Shown: in pieces, positions 57,145 through 64,000 of the stretch
Layout: each line of letters starts with the position of its first letter
Position numbering within the stretch: the stretch's first letter is position 1
Sequence record: OP310984.1
Direction: 5' to 3' (one strand)
DNA length: 64,000 nucleotides
Program-made: the position numbers and the translations under genes
The notes under the pieces: generated by a model
What the model saw: the letters and a program-made list of their open reading frames with translations, nothing else
The model's database searches: none
Told to the model about the DNA's origin: nothing

Positions 57145-57438
57145 ATGGATAATAAATGGATATCATGGGAACATCAAATTATAGGAACAGCTCTTTACGC
57201 TATTCTTAGTGACCCTGAATTAACTAATATTCAATTAGCTCAAGGCTTACACTATCTAACAGAAGCAAAGTCTTCTGTATTACATGTTTGTAATAACCAT
57301 ATTACATTCACTGTAACCTATCCACATGGCACATTTAGAACCAATGTAATTAGAGAGTGCCCTGCTAGTGATACAAATACATTCAAATGGTCAGGTGTAT
57401 TAGTCCGTCAAAAAGATGGAACATTCTTACCAGAATAA
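57145..57438 (+). CDS. hypothetical protein
   Basis: 97 aa, SD AGGA. Confidence 0.65.
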   Translation: MDNKWISWEHQIIGTALYAILSDPELTNIQLAQGLHYLTEAKSSVLHVCNNHITFTVTYPHGTFRTNVIRECPASDTNTFKWSGVLVRQKDGTFLPE

Positions 57439-57445
57439 ATAAAAA

Positions 57446-57522
57446 GGGCCTATAGCTCAGTTGGTTAGAGCAGGCGACTCATAATCGCTTGGTCGCAGGT
57501 TCAAGTCCTGCTGGGCCCACCA
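57446..57522 (+). tRNA. tRNA with CAT anticodon, most likely Ile2 (lysidine type) rather than Met
   Basis: Arm GGCGA-CTCATAA-TCGCT and overall sequence closely resemble enterobacterial ileX as I recall it; encoded CCA. Confidence 0.85.
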
Positions 57523-57574
57523 TATACTAGCCTCCCACTTGGGGGAGGTTTTATACTGTCTCATTGAGGAAAAC

Positions 57575-57796
57575 ATGAATACAGTAATAATGTTGGTATT
57601 ATCTATCAAAGTTGGATTATTTGGTTTCATTTCGACTAATGAAAGTAATATCCTATTTGAAAATAGGGAACAGTGTATTTCTCATCTGGATATTCTGGAA
57701 CATAAATACAAGTCTCTTGAAGTTATTCGAAATGAGAATACTCTAAAGATAACCGAAAGAGATAACCATTCTATTTATATTTTTAAATGTCTCTAG
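57575..57796 (+). CDS. small hypothetical protein with a hydrophobic N-terminus
   Basis: Likely start ATG 57575 (MNTVIMLVLS) after SD GAGGA. Confidence 0.6.
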   Translation: MNTVIMLVLSIKVGLFGFISTNESNILFENREQCISHLDILEHKYKSLEVIRNENTLKITERDNHSIYIFKCL

Positions 57797-57804
57797 GAAA
57801 ATAC

Positions 57805-58092
57805 ATGGAACATCAAGAACAAAAAGAACTATTGAGACAACCATTACAAACACTTTATAATCTTACTTTTAGTCCCCGTTTACGTAATGGAGCGAAGGCT
57901 CCCGATTGGATTCACCTGACCGATGAAGTAACCCTATTCCCAAACGGATTAGATATTACAATCAACGCTGTTACACGTTGCATCAAATGGGAACTTATCG
58001 GCGAGGATGTAAGTAACATTACTTATGTTGAAGCTATGTTCTTTAATAAAGGTCTTAAAGCAGTTAAAGCCTATCTCAAACATACGGAGTAA
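57805..58092 (+). CDS. hypothetical protein
   Basis: Likely start ATG 57805 (MEHQEQKE) after SD AGGA. Confidence 0.65.
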   Translation: MEHQEQKELLRQPLQTLYNLTFSPRLRNGAKAPDWIHLTDEVTLFPNGLDITINAVTRCIKWELIGEDVSNITYVEAMFFNKGLKAVKAYLKHTE

Positions 58093-58094
58093 AT

Positions 58095-58442
58095 ATGGAT
58101 CATCTAACCCCAACGCAGAGCGCTGTATATTTCACATTTATTAGCCCTGAGTTTATAAAGCTAACTCTTGTTGAATCTTTTGTAGTGATCCACAAGAAAC
58201 ATCCAGAAGTAAAGCATTGCGTTAAGAAAAAGATTAGTACTAATGAAACGCAGTTTATCTTTATCTTCAAAGATGGGACTGATAATTTAATCATTACACG
58301 TAAAACTGAACCTTGCCCTGAACTGGATAGCCCAGTAGGCGATAGTATTAAGTTGTCCGGCGAAGAACTTAAAAATATTCTTGCTAAGTACGATCGTCCC
58401 AAGGATGGTAACTATTTCAAGCACTGGACTGATCACCCGTAA
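58095..58442 (+). CDS. hypothetical protein
   Basis: 115 aa, SD GGAG. Confidence 0.65.
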   Translation: MDHLTPTQSAVYFTFISPEFIKLTLVESFVVIHKKHPEVKHCVKKKISTNETQFIFIFKDGTDNLIITRKTEPCPELDSPVGDSIKLSGEELKNILAKYDRPKDGNYFKHWTDHP

Positions 58443-58494
58443 TAAAATATTACTGGTTATGTAATACTATGTAGGAAGTCATGTCCATACGTTT

Positions 58495-58571
58495 GCGCTC
58501 ATAGTTCAGTTGGTTAGAATACCCGCCTGTCACGCGGGTGGTCAGGGGTTCGAGTCCCCTTGGGCGCGCCA
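58495..58571 (+). tRNA. tRNA-Asp (anticodon GTC)
   Basis: CCCGC-CTGTCAC-GCGGG arm, encoded CCA. Confidence 0.95.
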
Positions 58572-58577
58572 TTTAAT

Positions 58578-58653
<76 letters not shown>

Positions 58654-58659
58654 TATTCT

Positions 58660-58684
58660 AAAGAGTAGCTTCGGCTACTCTTTT
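58660..58684 (+). terminator. UUCG terminator after the tRNA-Asp/Asn pair
   Basis: AAAGAGTAGC-TTCG-GCTACTCTTT. Confidence 0.8.
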
Positions 58685-58737
58685 ATGTTGCCATGGGTTA
58701 TCTTATGAATTAAAATGATTTACTTGAGAGCACACTC

Positions 58738-59751
58738 ATGTTTGAATTACTATTAGCAACTAGTGGTAAAATAAAGCCAGTTGAATTAGTACAATATATC
58801 GGTTATGAAAAAATAGCTGACCTGGATATTCCGTTACATGGTTCTATCCCTTATATTTGGAACGATAAACTATTCGTTAAGGGTGGCGGTACAGATGTTA
58901 GTTCTAGTGATCCAGGATTACGCAGGTTTAAATTAGATGGTACGTTTGAGAATAATAAGAATTTAAGCAACTACATCTATCATACGAATCCAGCGCAAGA
59001 CTCACGAACTGGTAGAGTTTATTTAATCAACGGTAGGTCTAATGGTAGCTGGAGTTCTAGAGTGGTCCATGCCATAGATGCTTCTGCGGAGACTATAACT
59101 AATCTTGGTTGGAGCACTCCTCGTGGGAACTATGGTAACTCCACGGTATTTGACGAAGATAACAACAGAATTTACGTCCAATTCCACGATAGTAATCAGT
59201 TCGGTTATTACACAACCGATGGCGTCTATCATAACAGCCCGAAAGGCTTTCCTGCTGCTAGTCTAAGTGGTGCTTTTATATTCAAACATAAAGGCTACAT
59301 TTACGTGATGGGTGGATGGGGATCCAGTGTTGCATCAAATCCGGATCACCTGGCGAAATTCGATGCTGGGACAGCAATGACGACAATCATGAGAATGTCG
59401 ATTTATACACAATTGTGGGAAGTGTACGATATATTACCTACCGAATACCATGGTGGTAACCAGGGCGCCGGTAACTACCATGAAGGTATCTTCAGCTATA
59501 TTAGCTGGAGTGGTAGTAAACTCGGTGCGGTTCGCTATGATGTGTCTGGTAAAAGATTTATTCGTTTTGATACGGGTATTAGCTATCGCAACGCGACCGG
59601 TGTGGTTGGTAATAAAGGAGAGCTGTATCTGGTTGGTGGATGTTCAATTCCGTTGGGCTCGACTAACCCACCGTTCGGTAGAAAGGCAGAAACGAAGACA
59701 GAAATATACAAGTTCATCCTTCCTGCTCCACTACCACCAAGTGATAAGTAG
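58738..59751 (+). CDS. Kelch-like beta-propeller protein 1, probably virion-associated
   Basis: 337 aa; blade motifs LFVKGG, VYLING, IYVMGGW, LYLVGG; N-terminus MFELLL. Confidence 0.7.
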   Translation: MFELLLATSGKIKPVELVQYIGYEKIADLDIPLHGSIPYIWNDKLFVKGGGTDVSSSDPGLRRFKLDGTFENNKNLSNYIYHTNPAQDSRTGRVYLINGRSNGSWSSRVVHAIDASAETITNLGWSTPRGNYGNSTVFDEDNNRIYVQFHDSNQFGYYTTDGVYHNSPKGFPAASLSGAFIFKHKGYIYVMGGWGSSVASNPDHLAKFDAGTAMTTIMRMSIYTQLWEVYDILPTEYHGGNQGAGNYHEGIFSYISWSGSKLGAVRYDVSGKRFIRFDTGISYRNATGVVGNKGELYLVGGCSIPLGSTNPPFGRKAETKTEIYKFILPAPLPPSDK

Positions 59752-59903
59752 GTGTTACGTACACCAATGCTAGAACCTCACAGAGGGGCAGGGTATCTTA
59801 GTATTGGTAACAGTCTTTACACCTTATAAAGGCAGCCATTTGGCTGCCTTTATGCCGTTACCGTTTATCTTATGACTTAACTGTATTACTTGAGAATATA
59901 CTC

Positions 59904-60911
59904 ATGTTTGAATTACTATTATCACCAGATATAGGCGAAGAGTTACCCTTGGTTGGATTTAATGAAATTATTAAATTAGGTGATCTACCTGTAGCGTTAG
60001 CTGGTACAATGTCATATGTGGATGGAAATACACTGTATGTTGGATCTGGTCATCATACTGAAGGACAAACAGCTGCAACTGTGTTCAGACGTTTTACCAT
60101 ATCGCCATTTGCCGATATAGGTGCAACTGCTTCTGGAACATTCTTACCAGGGGTATCTTTAGGATTTGGGACATTACATAAGAATAACTTTATTGTTTAT
60201 GGCGGTATTACTGGATGGAACTCGGCTGGTAATGGTGGTACGGGAACATCTAACTTTATACAACATTTTGATATAGCTACAGGCAATAGGGTTGAGCGAT
60301 ATAGTGGTCCCGTACCACTTTGGGGCACAGCCTCCGCATCAGATGGTAATGATCTTATTCTATGCGTTAACCCAATTGGCGTAAACGCAATGCGATTAAA
60401 ACCATCAAGTAAGTCTTGGCTTAGCGGGCAAGACTATTCAGGTGGTGCTCGTTCAGGTCAACAGTTATTCTTTTATAATGGTTACTTTTACCATTTTGGT
60501 GGTTGGGATAATACAAAGAACATACCTAATCTTGAAGTTTATCGATATAATGCAACTACCTTAATATGGGAGCAAACACCTTGGATGATTATACCTGCTG
60601 ATAAAGGAACAATCTGGCAAGGTAATGGTTATGTAGATGGGGACTATTTTAATTACCTTAACGCTGTTGATGTCGGCGGTGTAACTAAAATGTTTGCACA
60701 ACGTTTTAATATTAGGCGCCGGAAATGGGCTGAACCATTTGAACTAGGTATCGGATTCCTTAATATTTCATCTATAGCTAAAGGTCCGGATAATAGCATG
60801 ATCATTGTAGGTGGATCTAAAATGCCAGTTGGTGGTGGAGCATATATGTTGAAAAGCCAATTGTTATCAGGTATCTATCAGGTAAAACTAGCACCATTAA
60901 TCATTGATTAA
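59904..60911 (+). CDS. Kelch-like beta-propeller protein 2
   Basis: 335 aa; LYVGSG, FIVYGG, FYHFGGW, MIIVGG; N-terminus MFELLL. Confidence 0.7.
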   Translation: MFELLLSPDIGEELPLVGFNEIIKLGDLPVALAGTMSYVDGNTLYVGSGHHTEGQTAATVFRRFTISPFADIGATASGTFLPGVSLGFGTLHKNNFIVYGGITGWNSAGNGGTGTSNFIQHFDIATGNRVERYSGPVPLWGTASASDGNDLILCVNPIGVNAMRLKPSSKSWLSGQDYSGGARSGQQLFFYNGYFYHFGGWDNTKNIPNLEVYRYNATTLIWEQTPWMIIPADKGTIWQGNGYVDGDYFNYLNAVDVGGVTKMFAQRFNIRRRKWAEPFELGIGFLNISSIAKGPDNSMIIVGGSKMPVGGGAYMLKSQLLSGIYQVKLAPLIID

Positions 60912-61195
60912 AATAATAATATTTATAACTATTTAGATAATTATACTGGCACGATGATATTATGTAAGAGTACTATAATAAAGTATTCTTAAATCTATCC
61001 ACTAAACACACTCGGTGGTAGAACTTATTATAGAGTGTGTCTAAATGCCAGGGGTTTGCCACCCCTGGTTATATTCATTGTTACTATTATAAATTCATTT
61101 ATAGATGAGAAAAGGTTTTATCACCTTTTCAAAATCGGCATTTAATTCCAGTTAAAAAACTGAATCTATGCTACATTGTAATAAAGGAGTCTATT

Positions 61196-61708
61196 ATGAC
61201 TAACTCTAATCCGTTTGTAAGAACTATTGTAAAGTACCAAGATATCCTAGATGCTTTAATTCAAAAAACGAATGAGAACTGGGTTAATTATCGATCTAAT
61301 TCTATTGGTCATATTGTTATTCGTGAATACAGGACTGTTGGATTATTTGTAGGTCGGCAATGTGGTAGTACAACTGCATTGATTGAGTTTGCTAATCGTC
61401 ACCCTGGCGAATGTCTAGCTGTATTTGTAGAAGATAAAATTAAACAGGCTGTACTGGCTAAGTTCCAGAATGCTAAAGATAATATTGTTTCTTGTTTAAT
61501 TACACACCAACTCCGCAAATATATTCATCAACCTGAAGAATCATCTATTCAAAAAGATATTAAAGAAGAATTAATATCGTCTGTAAAATATATTCTTGTT
61601 GACAATGCCTCATTTAATCTGAACCTACGCGGTATCACTGATAAAGAATTTAACCAGTGGGTTGCAGATACTTTTGGTACAGAGGTAATGGTGGTTCGTT
61701 TTAGTTAG
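61196..61708 (+). CDS. single-domain degenerate P-loop protein
   Basis: 170 aa; VGLFVGRQCGSTTALIEF (Walker A with Lys replaced by Ser), YILVD Walker-B-like strand. Confidence 0.55.
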   Translation: MTNSNPFVRTIVKYQDILDALIQKTNENWVNYRSNSIGHIVIREYRTVGLFVGRQCGSTTALIEFANRHPGECLAVFVEDKIKQAVLAKFQNAKDNIVSCLITHQLRKYIHQPEESSIQKDIKEELISSVKYILVDNASFNLNLRGITDKEFNQWVADTFGTEVMVVRFS

Positions 61709-61773
61709 AATTAGTAACTTTGATAGTTTCTAATAAGATTAACTACACGTTATTTACATAATGTCATAACAAG

Positions 61774-61808
61774 AAATAAATAATACTCAGATTGTAATAA
61801 TATGTAGT
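61774..61808 (+). promoter_or_regulatory. promoter of tRNA-Asn copy 2, identical to the chmA upstream promoter
   Basis: 35/35 match to the reverse complement of 5546-5580. Confidence 0.65.
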
Positions 61809-61869
61809 TATTACATATCTATATTAGGTTGTCAGTAACTCATCTCTAATATAAAATCGCCATAATTCT

Positions 61870-61945
<76 letters not shown>

Positions 61946-62076
61946 ATTCATAGTTTTAGATTTAGTTATATTTCACTACTATGTAAACTATAAAGGCAGC
62001 TAATGCTGCCTTTATGTCGTCTTGTAAAAGTACCCAGTAGTTGAATCTTATAGCTGAATACAAATAGGGTAAAGAC

Positions 62077-62262
62077 ATGTCACTTAAAGCATTGCAAGAT
62101 ATAGTTAGTAGTGTTCCTACAAATGAACAAAAGGAACGATTAGTTAAAGTTCGGAAAACGATGGAAGAGCTAAATGAGTCTATTAAGAATCAGATTCGTA
62201 ATAAACGACCTAGTCAAGCTCTTCTCGACAAAACGATAAACTGGGGTACCAAGTATGGCTAA
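62077..62262 (+). CDS. small coiled-coil hypothetical protein
   Basis: 61 aa, overlapping the next start. Confidence 0.55.
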   Translation: MSLKALQDIVSSVPTNEQKERLVKVRKTMEELNESIKNQIRNKRPSQALLDKTINWGTKYG

Positions 62263-62545
62263 GACATTAGTTCGTGCAAAGCTGATTACTGAGGCTGGTC
62301 AATGGATGTCGTCTGACTGGGAATGTGGTTTCCGTGCATGTCGATTCGTGAAACTTGGTAATGATCATGTAAACATAAAAGACTTTGAGGCTATGATCAC
62401 GGCATTCGAAGTTGGTGACATGTTAGTGATTTGGCCAAATGGGCTTAGAACTTCGTATAGTGTGGATAATTTCAATAAGTACTTTTCCCATATCAAAGAT
62501 GAATACCATGAGACTGATCTCCGTCCACTCTTTTACCCCAAGTAG
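62255..62545 (+). CDS. hypothetical protein
   Basis: 96 aa; C-terminal EVGDMLVIWPNG...FNKYF. Confidence 0.65.
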   Translation: MAKTLVRAKLITEAGQWMSSDWECGFRACRFVKLGNDHVNIKDFEAMITAFEVGDMLVIWPNGLRTSYSVDNFNKYFSHIKDEYHETDLRPLFYPK

Positions 62546-62761
62546 TTGAGCTTATGATAACTATATTCGTGTATAAATACATTACATTCGTTATACCCTT
62601 TAATTGATTGAAATCAAGCTACATAAAAGTGATTGAATGGTCCATGTAGGTGATAATTTTAATAAAGGTAAAGGATTTATCAGAGAATATCTCAGTGCAT
62701 TTAGGTATTTTATCACTCGCCTATCTAAATCACATAAAGCCCTTTACCGAGGAATGTGAGA

Positions 62762-62857
62762 ATGTTGGTTGCGATTGATAATACTGGGACAGAATATGAT
62801 GTCGACCCAACTGATGAAGTAGACGTAATGTTTGTATTTAGACCCACACTAAAATAA
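62762..62857 (+). CDS. possible 31-aa peptide
   Basis: SD GAGGA; MLVAIDNTGTEYDVDPTDEVDVMFVFRPTLK. Confidence 0.35.
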   Translation: MLVAIDNTGTEYDVDPTDEVDVMFVFRPTLK

Positions 62858-63016
62858 CTTTATATGACTTAATACCCCTCTATATAGAGTGGTCTATTTA
62901 TAAGTAAAATTATACATAGAGTTAATATTATTTGTAGATTAGTTCTACACATAACTCAACTTGAAACCGGGTGTTAATAAAATTTAACACTACGGAAAAC
63001 ATAAAGGTGTATAAAA

Positions 63017-63646
63017 ATGGCTTTTCATTTTACTGAAGTAGATTTAAATGATTTTATCAATGAATCAGGTAAAGACTTAAAAATAAATGTTGGTAAACAA
63101 ACACTAGCAGTTTATGATATCGATAGGCTAAATATTGTTAATTCAACTATTAATAAACTAGTTTATAATGAACCTATAAGTGAAGAACACATAGATGCAT
63201 CACTTACAGATAATTCATTAAAAGAGCTTAATGATTATTTACTAAATGTTGGTGTTACTGAAAGCGCTAAAATGATGATTGATGCTGTGTTAGAATTAAG
63301 CGATTATCATAAAAGTGATGAATACTTTAACCCAATGATGTATAAATTAAAAAGTATGCACACTAAAAATACAGATGGTGTTTATTTGATATTTTTACCA
63401 ACGCCTACTATCGATGATCAAATTAACACCATGCAAGGGTATATTATCAATAAATCCGGTAATCTCATTAGGACTACTGTACAGTCATGGCGATTTGAGA
63501 AAATTGAATTCAAAGACTTAGCCAAACATGATAGACGTTGGTTATTTATTGAATATTACATTAATGTTAAACAAACGAAAAATAATATAATCAAAGAGCA
63601 ACAAGATGAATTAACTAAATTTATTTATTATAGTACTCTAAGTTAA
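63017..63646 (+). CDS. hypothetical protein
   Basis: 209 aa, SD AAGGTG; hairpin at 63666-63697 follows. Confidence 0.75.
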   Translation: MAFHFTEVDLNDFINESGKDLKINVGKQTLAVYDIDRLNIVNSTINKLVYNEPISEEHIDASLTDNSLKELNDYLLNVGVTESAKMMIDAVLELSDYHKSDEYFNPMMYKLKSMHTKNTDGVYLIFLPTPTIDDQINTMQGYIINKSGNLIRTTVQSWRFEKIEFKDLAKHDRRWLFIEYYINVKQTKNNIIKEQQDELTKFIYYSTLS

Positions 63647-63703
63647 AACAAATAAAAAAATAAATATAAGAGCTAGCCCCTAATGGGCTAGCTTTATGTT
63701 ATC

Positions 63704-63841
63704 TTACTCTGCTACATCTTTTACATCAGGTTTATTATTCCAACGTACTGCTCTCGCAATACCATACGTAAGAATAAGAGCACCTACGGTGCCAATAGTG
63801 GTGCTAATAATAATGCCAAGAGTTTTTGGATCAATATTCAT
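63704..63841 (-). CDS. small single-TM protein (45 aa), absent from the ORF track
   Basis: SD AGGA; MNIDPKTLGIIISTTIGTVGALILTYGIARAVRWNNKPDVKDVAE; early promoter at 63899-63925. Confidence 0.6.
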   Translation of the reverse strand: MNIDPKTLGIIISTTIGTVGALILTYGIARAVRWNNKPDVKDVAE

Positions 63842-63898
63842 ATTTAGTATCCTATTTACAATTAATAGAAAATATTACTTTTAGTAATATCAAGTTAA

Positions 63899-63925
63899 TG
63901 ATATACTGTTTAAATATGTTTGAAT
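63899..63925 (-). promoter_or_regulatory. early promoter, same subtype as the 45.5-48 kb copies
   Basis: Plus strand TGATATACTGTTTAAATATGTTTGAAT, nearly identical to 47942-47969. Confidence 0.7.
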
Positions 63926-64000
63926 ATAACTTTATTTATTATAATAAATAAAATAATACTTTCATATACACTATATGTAGAAGATTCCGCCGCTATAGCT

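Overview
AT-rich, densely coding 64-kb segment of a phiKZ-like, nucleus-forming Pseudomonas jumbo phage. It appears to be a close relative of phiKZ, read in reverse of the phiKZ gene numbering, roughly gp56 down to gp1 and then gp306 onward. gp numbers are assigned from my recollection of phiKZ synteny and protein sizes, not from a database search. Recognisable core genes: a non-virion RNA polymerase beta-prime subunit split by a group I intron inside its NADFDGD catalytic motif, chimallin, a split family-B DNA polymerase subunit, tubulin PhuZ, Dip, tail tube, tail sheath, large terminase, DHFR and class Ia NrdA/NrdB. The window also has six tRNA genes, two of which are identical tRNA-Asn copies. 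Accessory regions: an early-gene cluster (38.5-48 kb) driven by repeated early promoters, and a tRNA region (56-64 kb). Best leads: (1) an ORF-less, promoter- and terminator-bounded ~145-nt RNA with two C-rich anti-Shine-Dalgarno-like loops; (2) a ~370-nt highly structured trailer behind the chimallin gene; (3) a 3.2-kb cassette of two Kelch-like genes plus a degenerate P-loop gene, bracketed by identical tRNA-Asn copies; (4) an intron homing endonuclease inactivated by one nonsense codon, with its RBS locked in the P1 helix; (5) an internal head polyprotein with an embedded KTSC-like module; (6) an early protein with an L7/L12 C-terminal-like motif. All RNA structures were found by eye and need computational confirmation.
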